Shown here one piece after another: positions 48,128 through 57,337 of a DNA stretch of 64,000 nucleotides (within the stretch, counting starts at the first letter, position 1; the number at the start of each line of letters is the position of its first letter). The translations under genes were made by a program, and so were the position numbers. The notes below the pieces were generated by a model. It did no database searches. It saw only the letters and a list, made by a program, of their open reading frames with translations, and had not been told where the DNA came from. Origin of the DNA: Longimicrobiales bacterium (GTDB taxonomy: Bacteria; Gemmatimonadota; Gemmatimonadetes; Longimicrobiales; Gaopeijiaceae); contig CBDBCF010000002.1 in NCBI GenBank assembly GCA_965202985.1, positions 288,001 to 352,000 of the forward strand, written 5' to 3'.

Positions 48128-48924
48128 TGAGCGGGCTTCGCAAGTCCTGGGGACGCTCGTTCGCCGCGGCGGCGTTGGCCGTGCTCTGGGCGCTGGCCGG
48201 GGCTGGTGCGGCGCCGGGCCAGAACGCCGACCAAGCGGGAGTCGGATTCGCGGGGAAGGTGGTGGACACGTACCAGGGAGCGCCGGTCGCGGGCGCCGTG
48301 GTGCAGCTGCCGGAAGCGCGGCGCGCCGACGGTTCGGCGTTCGCGGCGGTCACCGACGACGGGGGCCGCTTCGTCATTGAAGACGCGCCGGCGGGCCCGA
48401 ACGCCGTCGAGATCTCCCGGATCGGGTACGCTCCGCTGGTTCAGGTCCTGGACATCCAAGACGGTCAGTTCGTGGAGGCGGCGTTGATCCCCAAGCCCGT
48501 CGTGCTTGAGGGGATCGAGGTCTACGTGGATCGCCTCGAGTCCCGTCTGCGGAGCCTGCCGTTCGGGGCCTCCACCTTCGACGAGACGGCGTTGCGGTTC
48601 GCGCCGGACCTCAACGTGGCGGACTACCTGGCCAGCCAGCCCGGCTTCGAGTTCGTGCCCTGCTTCCAGGGCTCGTCCGACGGCGCCCTATTCACTCGGC
48701 GCCGGGACTGCATCCGCACGCGCGGGACCACCCCGCAGAGACCCAGCGTCTTCTTGGACGACGCGCCGGCGTTCGGCGGCGTCCAGGAGCTGGCCACGCT
48801 GCCCACGACCGAGATCTATCGCGTGGAGGTGATCCGAGGTTGCGGCCAGATTCGCGTCTACACGCTGTCCTACGCGGAGGGGAGGGCGAGCCGGCAGCGG
48901 CCGCTGCTTCCCATCGTTTGCTGA
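48127..48924 (+). CDS. Exported carboxypeptidase-regulatory-like plus plug-like domain protein
   Basis: GKVVDTYQGAPVAGAVV, TDDGGRF, RIGY; VFLDD...IYRVEVIRG; TGATG coupling to peroxiredoxin. Confidence 0.72.
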   Translation: MSGLRKSWGRSFAAAALAVLWALAGAGAAPGQNADQAGVGFAGKVVDTYQGAPVAGAVVQLPEARRADGSAFAAVTDDGGRFVIEDAPAGPNAVEISRIGYAPLVQVLDIQDGQFVEAALIPKPVVLEGIEVYVDRLESRLRSLPFGASTFDETALRFAPDLNVADYLASQPGFEFVPCFQGSSDGALFTRRRDCIRTRGTTPQRPSVFLDDAPAFGGVQELATLPTTEIYRVEVIRGCGQIRVYTLSYAEGRASRQRPLLPIVC

Positions 48925-48944
48925 CTTCCGGGCCGACCCAGGGC

Positions 48945-50060
48945 ATGACGGCGGTCGGCAGGCTGGACCGGAACCCCGGCCTGCGGTTTCTGTTCATGCT
49001 GGCGGTGATCGTGGTTCTCGTTCAAGGTCTCCGGATCGCCCAGCCCATTCTGCTGCCGGCGGCCGTGGCCGTCTTCCTGGCCATCACCAGCCTGCCGATC
49101 GTGGTCTGGTTGCGCAGGAAGCGCCTGCCGAACCCGCTGGCGATCCTGCTCACGGTGCTGGTCGTCGCGGCCGTCTTCGGCATGGTCATCCTCTTGGCGA
49201 GTCAGCAGCTGGCGGAGCTTCAGACCATCGGTCCGGCCTACGTCCGAGCGGTGAATGACCAAGTGAACGTCTGGCTGCAAGGCGTGGAGGACAGAGTTCC
49301 GTTCCTGGAAGGGGTGCGGGACAGCCTGACCGGGCCCCTCAACTCCACCCTTCTCGCGGTGGCCGGAGGCACGTTCACTTGGGCGCTGTCGTTCGCGTCC
49401 ACGACGTTCCTGGTGTTTCTGATCTTGGCGTTCGCGCTGGGAGAGGCGGCGGTCTTGCCCCGCAAGCTCCGGGCTGTGACCGGCGGGTTCGTGGCCTCCG
49501 ACGAGCGCATGGGCAAGATCGTCCGGGAGGTGCAGGGCTACTTGGTCATCAAGACGCTCGTGAGCCTGGGCACCGGACTGATAATCGGGCTCTGGACCTG
49601 GACCGTGGGGCTGGACTCGCCGATCCTTCTGGGGCTCGTGGCGTTCGTGCTGAACTACGTGCCCACGATCGGGTCGGTGATCGCCTCGGTGCCGGCGCTC
49701 GTGCTGGCCTTGGTGGACTTCGACGTCCAGGGGTCCGCCATCGCCGGCTTCGACGTGCAGCGCGCCTTCGTGGTGGGCATCGGCTACTTGGCGGTGAACG
49801 TCCTGTTCGGCAACTGGCTGGAACCGACCCTGCTGGGACGTCGCCTGGGGTTGTCCACCCTGGTCGTCGTTCTCTCCCTGGTCTTCTGGGGATGGGTCTG
49901 GGGACCCGTCGGCGCCCTGCTGTCCGTGCCCCTGACCGTGGTCGTGAAGATCATGCTCGAGAACACGGAGGACCTTCGGTGGGTCGCCGTGCTGCTGGAC
50001 AAGGACGCGCCCCCAGGAACGCCGGTGGTCGGGGTCGAGGCCGCCGCCGCAGAGCCTTGA
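48945..50060 (+). CDS. AI-2E family transporter
   Basis: Multi-TM protein; FVLNYVPTIGS, GNWLEP, LSLVFWGWVWGPVGALLSVPLT. Confidence 0.93.
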   Translation: MTAVGRLDRNPGLRFLFMLAVIVVLVQGLRIAQPILLPAAVAVFLAITSLPIVVWLRRKRLPNPLAILLTVLVVAAVFGMVILLASQQLAELQTIGPAYVRAVNDQVNVWLQGVEDRVPFLEGVRDSLTGPLNSTLLAVAGGTFTWALSFASTTFLVFLILAFALGEAAVLPRKLRAVTGGFVASDERMGKIVREVQGYLVIKTLVSLGTGLIIGLWTWTVGLDSPILLGLVAFVLNYVPTIGSVIASVPALVLALVDFDVQGSAIAGFDVQRAFVVGIGYLAVNVLFGNWLEPTLLGRRLGLSTLVVVLSLVFWGWVWGPVGALLSVPLTVVVKIMLENTEDLRWVAVLLDKDAPPGTPVVGVEAAAAEP

Positions 50061-50572
50061 CGCCCGTGGCGAATGCGGCGAGGCCGACGGGGTTGGACGA
50101 CCTGCCGGGAAGCGCCCGGATATGGATCTTCGGCGCCGGCCGACGCCTCGACCGTAGCGAGACCGTCAAGCTGCTGGGCGCCGTGGACGGGTTCCTGGCG
50201 GGGTGGCGGGCGCACGGGGTTCCGTTGCGCGCCGCGCGGGACTGGCGCTACGACCGCTTCCTGTTGGTGGGGGTGGACCCGGGGGCCGCGCCGCCGACCG
50301 GTTGCTCGGTGGACGCCCTGGTCGGCGTGCTCCGGGACCTGGAGCGCGAGATCGGCGCCCGCTTCCTGGGGAACGACGCCGTGTGGTACCGAGACGCGCA
50401 AGGGTCGGTGCGGAGCGCGTCCCGGGCGGAATTCGGCGCCTTGGCGCGAGAGGGGCGGGTGACGCCCGATTCGGTCGTCTTCGACAACTCCGTCACCGAG
50501 TTGGCGGAGCTGCGGGACGGCCGCTGGGAAGGTCCGGCCAGGGAGCGCTGGCACGCCGCGTTCTTTCGGTAG
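50057..50572 (+). CDS. Conserved hypothetical protein (WxAHG...GCSVD family)
   Basis: ARIWIFGA, WRAHGVPL, RFLLVGVD, TGCSVD, VFDNSV; start overlaps AI-2E stop (alternative GTG 50066). Confidence 0.75.
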   Translation: MTPVANAARPTGLDDLPGSARIWIFGAGRRLDRSETVKLLGAVDGFLAGWRAHGVPLRAARDWRYDRFLLVGVDPGAAPPTGCSVDALVGVLRDLEREIGARFLGNDAVWYRDAQGSVRSASRAEFGALAREGRVTPDSVVFDNSVTELAELRDGRWEGPARERWHAAFFR

Positions 50573-50608
50573 GCCGCCCAAGGCGTCCGGGCCCAAGACA
50601 TCTGGCAG

Positions 50609-50645
50609 GAAACGCAAAGAGGGCCGGCGGAACTTCCACCGGCCC
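50609..50645 (-). terminator. Probable intrinsic terminator downstream of cspA, possibly bidirectional
   Basis: GGGCCGGTGGAA-G-TTCCGCCGGCCC hairpin followed by TCTTTGCGTTT on the minus strand, between convergent genes. Confidence 0.6.
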
Positions 50646-50716
50646 CCTTGTCGGTTTGGCGAATGCGCGAAGCCGCGGTCTCGATCAGCGGCGGGGTTGC
50701 GCGTGCGCGTCGGGCG

Positions 50717-50935
50717 TCAGGCCATGGCCTCGACCCGTGTGACGTTCTCCGCGGCCGGTCCCTTCGGGCCGTCCACCAGGTCGAACTCGACGTGGTCGCC
50801 TTCGGCCAAGCTCCGGAAACCTTCTCCCGAGATCGCCGAGTAGTGGACGAAACAGTCCCGTTCGCCGGCTTCCGGGCTGATGAACCCGAACCCCTTCGCG
50901 TCGTTGAACCACTTCACGGTTCCCGTGGTCCGCAT
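50717..50935 (-). CDS. cspA: Cold-shock protein
   Basis: [34 protein letters not shown]. Confidence 0.96.
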   Translation of the reverse strand: MRTTGTVKWFNDAKGFGFISPEAGERDCFVHYSAISGEGFRSLAEGDHVEFDLVDGPKGPAAENVTRVEAMA

Positions 50936-51206
50936 CCTCTGCTCCTTCATGCTGCGTGTTGTCGTTCTCCGGCCCCTGCCGCTTGCCGAGGCCGTCCGAC
51001 GGCTCGCTCCGAACATGCGCCCGGTTCGACGCCACCGATTGGTTGCCTGCAACGCTAGCGCTTTCGAGCAGGCGGGTCAACTGCTGCGTGGAGTCGGAAC
51101 GGGACGCCGCATCGGGGCCGCCCCTCGGCTCTTTGGGGACGGCTTCGTTCCGATTAGGTTCTTGCGCATCGGATGCATGGGGGGATGTGCGCACGGGACG
51201 GGGAGC

Positions 51207-52718
51207 ATGGGCATACACGGAGGAGGGGGGCGGCGCCGGAGGCCGCGCCTTGTCGCAACGACCGCTGTTGCGGGCATTCTGGCTTGCGGACTGGGGCCGC
51301 CTCGCGTAGAGGCGCAGCAGACTCGGATCGCCCCGGGTTTCGGCGACGAGCCCGTGCGTCTCGGCACGGCAATCGCCGCCTCCTTGGAGCGGAACCGCGA
51401 CATACTGGACGCCACGTACCAGCTGGCCGTGGCTCGGGGCCAAGTCTCGGAGGCGTGGAGTTCCTTCTACCCCACCATCGACCTGACCAGTTCCTTCACG
51501 CGCAACGTGGCGCCCCAAGTCAGCTTCCTGCCGGCGCAGATCTTCGACCCGACCGCCACCGAGGGCGACTTCATTCCCGTGCAGTTCGGGGCCGACAACC
51601 TCTGGAACCTGAGCGTGAACGCCGAGCAGTCCCTCTTCCGACCGGCCGTCTTCGCCGGTGTCGGGGCGGCCGCCCACTACCGGGGGCTCCAGCGGGAAGC
51701 TCTTCGAGGGCGGACCCAGCAGGCCGTGACGCGGGTTCGGATCGCGTTCTACGAGATGCTGCTCGCCCAAGAAGACGTGCGCTTGACCGAGAACTCCCTT
51801 CGGCGAGTCGGAGTCGCCTTGAAGGAGACGCGCGCCATGCAGGAAGCGGGCCTGGCCCAGACCTACGACGTTCTGCGGCTGGAGGTGGAGCTGGCCAACT
51901 TGGAGCCGAACCTGGGGCGGGCGCGGCAACGCCGCACGGCTGCCCGTCGCACTCTTGCCTCCGAACTGGACATGGACCCGGAGGCGGAGTTCGACGTGGC
52001 GGGTTCCCTTGCCGAAATGGACCTGGACGACATCGGCGCCAACTTGCCGGCGAACCGGGAGATCCTGGAGTTCGCGGGCGCGGCGACGGAGGTGGGCGTG
52101 GACGTGTCGGCCGTGGTCGCCCGAAGCACCGCCGACCGGTCCGACCTGCGGCAGCTCGAGATCACCGAGGACCTGCGGCAGGCCGAACTCCGGATCGAAC
52201 AGGCGGGCTACCTGCCCAGCATCTTCGCGTTCGGCACCTACGGCTTGGCCGCCCAGCAGAACGGCCCGCCGGACTTCTTCGGCACCAGCGCGCAACGAGG
52301 CTCCACCAAGCAGATAGGCCTGCGCGTCAGCTTCCCCATCTTCTCGGGCTTCAGCCGCGACGCACGGATCGACCAGAAGCGGGCGGTGCTGCGTCAGGCG
52401 GAGGTGCAGACTCGGATGGCGCTGGACCGCGCCGAAGTGGAGCTGCGCAACTTGGCGGACCAGGTGCAGGAGGCGCGGGCGCGGGCGTCCGGCCAGCGTC
52501 TCGCGGTGTCCCAGGCGCGGCGCGGGTACGAGATCGCCAGCGCCCAGTACGCCGAGGGGCTGAACAGCCAGCTGGAACGGACCGACGCGGAAGTGGCCTT
52601 GCGCGCGAGCGAATTCAACTATGCGCAGGCCGTGTACGATTTTCTTGTCGCCGGGGCGCGCTTGGACCAAGCGGCCGGGCGGGTTCCCATGGTGGACGTG
52701 GAAGGCGGAAGACGATGA
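51207..52718 (+). CDS. TolC-family outer membrane efflux protein
   Basis: ALERN-like start, YPTIDL and YLPSI repeats, VSFPIFSG, coiled-coil segments; first gene of RND operon. Confidence 0.92.
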   Translation: MGIHGGGGRRRRPRLVATTAVAGILACGLGPPRVEAQQTRIAPGFGDEPVRLGTAIAASLERNRDILDATYQLAVARGQVSEAWSSFYPTIDLTSSFTRNVAPQVSFLPAQIFDPTATEGDFIPVQFGADNLWNLSVNAEQSLFRPAVFAGVGAAAHYRGLQREALRGRTQQAVTRVRIAFYEMLLAQEDVRLTENSLRRVGVALKETRAMQEAGLAQTYDVLRLEVELANLEPNLGRARQRRTAARRTLASELDMDPEAEFDVAGSLAEMDLDDIGANLPANREILEFAGAATEVGVDVSAVVARSTADRSDLRQLEITEDLRQAELRIEQAGYLPSIFAFGTYGLAAQQNGPPDFFGTSAQRGSTKQIGLRVSFPIFSGFSRDARIDQKRAVLRQAEVQTRMALDRAEVELRNLADQVQEARARASGQRLAVSQARRGYEIASAQYAEGLNSQLERTDAEVALRASEFNYAQAVYDFLVAGARLDQAAGRVPMVDVEGGRR

Positions 52719-53836
52719 TCACGCGAAATAGAAGGGGCGCCGGGGCGGCGGTTTTCGCCACGCTCCTTGGAGGCGCCGCGTCGGCGGGATGCGGCGGCGG
52801 GGCCGAGGCCGGCTCTTCGGCAGCGGCCGGCGGCGAAGAGCGGACGCAGGCGTTTGCCCGCGTTGTGAACGTGGAGGTGGCGGAAGTGCGGTCTCGGACG
52901 TTCGAGCGCGCCGTTCGGCTGACCGGCGTGGTTCAGGCCATGCGCGACGTCTTGGTGTCCGCCGAGGAAGCGGGCGTCGTGCGGCGGATCGTGCGGGACA
53001 AGGGGCGGACCGTGCGTCGAGGCCAAGCGATCCTTCGGCTGGACGACGCGATCCTGTCCGCCCAGCTCCGGACGGCGTCCGCCCAGGCGGAACTGGCCCA
53101 GGAGGTCTGGGAACGGCGGAAGCGGCTCTACGAAGAAGACGAGATCGGCTCCGAAATCAGCTATCTGGAAGCCAAGTCCAACGCCGAGCAGACGCAGGCC
53201 AACTTGGCCGCCCTGCGCGAGCGCATGGACCGCACCGTCGTGGTCGCGCCGATCGGCGGCGTTCTGGACGAAAGGCTGGTCGAGGTGGGCGCTCGCGTGT
53301 CGCCCGGCTCGCCCGTGGCTCGGATCGTGCAGGTGGACTCGGTGAAGGTGCTGGCCGGGGTGCCCGAGCGCTACGCCCTGGACGTGACGGTGGGGGCCCG
53401 CGCAACGGTCGCCTTCGACGTGCTCGAGGCCGAGAGCTTCCAAGGAGAGATCGCCTACGTGGGCGCCACGGTGGACCCAGACAGCCGCACCTTCGCCGTC
53501 GAGCTGCTGCTTGAGAACCCGGGGGGCCGGATCAAGCCCGAGATGATCGCCGAGATCACGATCGTGCGCGCCGAGATCGACGCCGCCATCGTGGTGCCGC
53601 AGCAAGCCCTCGTGGCCGCCGAGGAGGGCTACGTGGCCTTCGTGGTCGAGGGCGCCGGCGACGAGGCCGAAGCGGTGGCCCGGCGCGTGGAGGTGCTGGC
53701 GGGGCAGGGCAACGAGGCCGTCGTCGGGTCGGGGCTGGTCGAGGGCGACCGTCTCGTCGTGGTCGGTCAGCAGGGCCTGACGGCCGGGGACCGCGTGCGC
53801 GTCGTGGCGGGCGACGGCGCGGGCGGCGCCACGTGA
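52715..53836 (+). CDS. RND efflux periplasmic adaptor subunit
   Basis: APIGGV lipoyl motif, VPE, VDPDSRTF, IKPEM, VPQQAL, GLVEGDRLVVVG. Confidence 0.93.
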   Translation: MITRNRRGAGAAVFATLLGGAASAGCGGGAEAGSSAAAGGEERTQAFARVVNVEVAEVRSRTFERAVRLTGVVQAMRDVLVSAEEAGVVRRIVRDKGRTVRRGQAILRLDDAILSAQLRTASAQAELAQEVWERRKRLYEEDEIGSEISYLEAKSNAEQTQANLAALRERMDRTVVVAPIGGVLDERLVEVGARVSPGSPVARIVQVDSVKVLAGVPERYALDVTVGARATVAFDVLEAESFQGEIAYVGATVDPDSRTFAVELLLENPGGRIKPEMIAEITIVRAEIDAAIVVPQQALVAAEEGYVAFVVEGAGDEAEAVARRVEVLAGQGNEAVVGSGLVEGDRLVVVGQQGLTAGDRVRVVAGDGAGGAT

Positions 53837-56800
53837 GCGGTCGCGACGACGCCCCCGGCAAGGGCCGCGGGTTCAAGGAGTTCCCCGTCACGTCGTTCGC
53901 GGTCGAACACTCCACCTCCGTGATCGTCCTGTTTCTGTTCGTGACGATCGCCGGCCTGCTCAGCTACCGCTCGATCCCGAAGGAATCCTTCCCCGAGGCC
54001 GAGATCCCCAACATCGTCGTCAACACGATCTACCCCGGCGTGTCTCCGGCCGACGTGGAGAGCTTGGTCACCCGGAAGATCGAGGAAGAGCTGACCACGA
54101 TCTCGGACATCAAGGAACTCACGTCCACGTCCGTCGAGGGCTACTCGTCGGTGGCGGCCGAGTTCGAGTCCGACGTGAACATGGACGAGGCGTTGCAGAA
54201 GGTCCGCGAGAAGGTGGACTTGGCGCGCCCCGAGCTGCCTGCGGACGCCGAGGACCCGTCGATCTTCGAGTTCTCAATGGCCGACATCCCGGTCATGCAG
54301 GTGAACTTGGCCGGCGGCTACGGGCTGGTGCGGCTCAAAGAGCTCGGCGAGGACCTGCAGGACCGGATCGAGTCGATCCCGGCCGTGCTGCGCGTGGCCC
54401 TGCGGGGCGGCCTGGAGCGCGAGGTCAAGGTCGACGTGGACTTGGCCAAGCTCAAGTACTACGACGTGTCGTTCAACGACGTGCTGGACGCGATTCGACT
54501 GGAGAACGTCAACGTCCCCGGCGGCTCGATCGACGTGAACGGCCTGAAGTACCTGGTGCGCGTGGACGGCGAGTTCTCGGACCCGTCGCTGATCCGCGAC
54601 TTGGTGGTCAAGACCGCGGCCGGACGGCCGGTGTACGTGCGCGACGTGGCGGACGTGGAGTTCGGGTTCGCCGAGCGCGAGACCTACGCCCGCCTGGGCG
54701 ACGAGCCGGTGGTGACGCTGGACGTGGTGAAGCGCTCCGGCGAGAACATCATCGCCACGGCCGAAGCCGTTCGCGCCGAAGTGGAGGCGATGCGGCCCCT
54801 GTTCCCGCCCTCCACGGTGGTGTCGATCACCTCGGACCAGTCCGAGGACATCAGCGAGATGGTCAAGAGCCTCCAGAACAACATCATCTCGGGGCTGGTG
54901 CTCATCGTGGGCGTGCTCCTCTTCGTGCTGGGCCTGCGCACGTCGATCTTCGTGGCCGTGTCGATCCCCACGTCGATGCTCCTGTCGTTCGTGATCCTGG
55001 GCCTGATGGGCGTGTCGATGAACATGGTGGTGCTGTTCTCGCTGATCCTGGCCCTGGGAATGCTGGTGGACAACGCCATCGTCGTGGTGGAGAACATCTA
55101 CCGCTTCGTCGAGGAGGGATGGGACCGCAAGACCGCGGCCAAGAAGGCCACGGGCGAGGTGGCGGTGCCCGTGATCGCCGCCACGGCCACGACGCTGGCG
55201 GCCTTCGCGCCGCTGCTCTTTTGGCCGGGCATGGCGGGCGAGTTCATGAAGTACTTGCCGATGACGCTCATCGTCACGCTCTCGAGTTCGCTCTTCGTGG
55301 CGCTGGTCATCGTTCCCACGCTGTGCTCGATCTTCGTCCGGCCCGAAAGCGCTGCGCCCCGACGCATGCGCCGTCGCGCGCTGGTTGCTCTCGCGATCGC
55401 ATCCGTCTTCGCGCTGCTGTTGATCGGCCGGCTGGTCAGCCCCCTGACCGCGGTGCTGCTGTCGGCGGCGGCGGCTGGGCTGTGGTTCGTCCACGCCAAG
55501 CTGCTCGACCGCATGGGCAAGGCTTTCATGGCCCGCGGCATGCCGCGCGTGGTCCGATGGTACGAGCGTCGCCTCGTCTGGTCGCTCAACCATCGCTTCC
55601 TAATCCTGCTCGGTTCGCTCTTGGCCCTCGTGGGCTCGTTCGTGACCTACTTCAGGTTGGCGCCGCCCGTCGAGTACTTCCCGGAAGACATTCCCCCGGC
55701 CAACGTGTTCGTCGCCATCGAGTCGCCCACGGGCACCTCGGCGCGGGTAACCAACGAGTACGCCCTGCGGTTGAAGCGCGAACTGGAAGGGATCGAGGGG
55801 GTCGGCGACGCCGAATCCGTCGTGACCACGGTGGGCGCCACGGGCGGCGGCAACTTCATGGAGGGAGGAGGGGGACCGTCCGGCCCCGAGGCGGGGCGGA
55901 TCAACCTCAGCATGGTGGACTACCAGGACCGGCGGTTCGACGTGTTCGCCACGTTGCAGGCCATGCAGGAGAGGGTGGGCGCCGACTTGGCCGGGGCCGA
56001 GGTTCGGGTCGACAAGGTCACCGAGGGCCCGGCGGCCGGGCCGCCCGTGAACATCGAGATCGTGGGCGAAGACCCGGAGCGGCTGCGAACGCTGGCCAAC
56101 CGCGCGATCGACCTGATCGAGGCCTCGTCCGTCTATCCGCGCCTGGTCGGGCTGGAGAGCGACATGAACGACGCGCGGCCCGAGTTGCGCGTGGACGTGG
56201 ACCGGGAGAAGGCCGGCCTCTACGGGCTTTCCACCAACGAGGTCGGCTTTGCGGTGCGGACCGCGATCAACGGGATCGAAGCCGCCAAGTACCGGACGGG
56301 CAACGACGAGTACGACATCATGGTGCGCCTGCGGGAAGAGGACCGGAGCGACCTGTCCGCGCTGGGCGACCTGACGGTGGTCGCCGACGGACAGCAGGTG
56401 CCGCTCCTGTCGGTGGCGAAGTGGGCGGTGGACGAAGGCTACGGGTCGATCCAACGGAAGGACATGGACCGGGTGGCCACGATCAGCGCGGAAGTGGCGG
56501 CGGGGTTCAACAGCAACGCCGTGCGCAACCAGGTGGAGCAGGTGCTGGCGGGGTTCTCGGACGGGCTGCCGCCGGGGTACGCGATGAGGTTCACGGGCGA
56601 GCAGGAAGAGCAGCAGGAGGCCATGTCGTTTCTCATGACCGCCTTCATGGCGGCGCTCATGCTGATCGCCCTGATCCTGGTTTCGCAGTTCAACTCGGTC
56701 GTCAAGCCGATCATCATCCTGTCGTCGGTGATCATGTCCACCGTGGGCGTGCTGGTGGGGCTGCTCGTCTTCCGGATGCCCTTCGTGATCATCATGACGG

Positions 56801-57330
56801 GAGTGGGGGTCATCTCGCTGGCCGGGATCGTCGTGAACAACGCCATCGTGCTCATCGACTACATCGACGTGCTTCGCAAGCGAGACGGCATGGGCCGTCG
56901 CGAGGCGCTGGTGCAGGGAGGCAAGACGCGACTGCGGCCCGTGCTGCTCACGGCCTTCACCACCGCCTTGGGGCTGATCCCCCTGGCGATCGGCTTGAAC
57001 TTCGACTTCTTCGGCTTGTTCGCCAGCTTGTCTCCGGAGTTCTACTGGGGAGGCGAACAGGCCGCGTGGTGGGGTCCCATGGCCGTGGCGGTGATCGTGG
57101 GGATCGTCTTCGCCACCTTCCTGACCCTGGTCCTGGTGCCCGTGCTGTACAGCTTGGTGGACGACATGGTCGTGTACTTCAAGCGACACTACTCCCGTCA
57201 AGAAGAGGTCGTGCGGCCGTTGATCGACACCGACCCGCAGCCGTCCGAGATCGGCTTTCCCGCAGTACCTCCGCCGCTGGCGCCCTCGCCCAGCCCCGAA
57301 GTCGCCGCATCCGCATCCGCAAGGAGCTGA
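53833..57330 (+). CDS. RND efflux permease (AcrB/AcrD/AcrF family)
   Basis: YPGVSPADVESLVT, GMLVDNAIVVVENI, GIVVNNAIVLID, RLRPVLLT. Confidence 0.96.
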   Translation: MSGRDDAPGKGRGFKEFPVTSFAVEHSTSVIVLFLFVTIAGLLSYRSIPKESFPEAEIPNIVVNTIYPGVSPADVESLVTRKIEEELTTISDIKELTSTSVEGYSSVAAEFESDVNMDEALQKVREKVDLARPELPADAEDPSIFEFSMADIPVMQVNLAGGYGLVRLKELGEDLQDRIESIPAVLRVALRGGLEREVKVDVDLAKLKYYDVSFNDVLDAIRLENVNVPGGSIDVNGLKYLVRVDGEFSDPSLIRDLVVKTAAGRPVYVRDVADVEFGFAERETYARLGDEPVVTLDVVKRSGENIIATAEAVRAEVEAMRPLFPPSTVVSITSDQSEDISEMVKSLQNNIISGLVLIVGVLLFVLGLRTSIFVAVSIPTSMLLSFVILGLMGVSMNMVVLFSLILALGMLVDNAIVVVENIYRFVEEGWDRKTAAKKATGEVAVPVIAATATTLAAFAPLLFWPGMAGEFMKYLPMTLIVTLSSSLFVALVIVPTLCSIFVRPESAAPRRMRRRALVALAIASVFALLLIGRLVSPLTAVLLSAAAAGLWFVHAKLLDRMGKAFMARGMPRVVRWYERRLVWSLNHRFLILLGSLLALVGSFVTYFRLAPPVEYFPEDIPPANVFVAIESPTGTSARVTNEYALRLKRELEGIEGVGDAESVVTTVGATGGGNFMEGGGGPSGPEAGRINLSMVDYQDRRFDVFATLQAMQERVGADLAGAEVRVDKVTEGPAAGPPVNIEIVGEDPERLRTLANRAIDLIEASSVYPRLVGLESDMNDARPELRVDVDREKAGLYGLSTNEVGFAVRTAINGIEAAKYRTGNDEYDIMVRLREEDRSDLSALGDLTVVADGQQVPLLSVAKWAVDEGYGSIQRKDMDRVATISAEVAAGFNSNAVRNQVEQVLAGFSDGLPPGYAMRFTGEQEEQQEAMSFLMTAFMAALMLIALILVSQFNSVVKPIIILSSVIMSTVGVLVGLLVFRMPFVIIMTGVGVISLAGIVVNNAIVLIDYIDVLRKRDGMGRREALVQGGKTRLRPVLLTAFTTALGLIPLAIGLNFDFFGLFASLSPEFYWGGEQAAWWGPMAVAVIVGIVFATFLTLVLVPVLYSLVDDMVVYFKRHYSRQEEVVRPLIDTDPQPSEIGFPAVPPPLAPSPSPEVAASASARS

Positions 57331-57337
57331 CCCCCTC

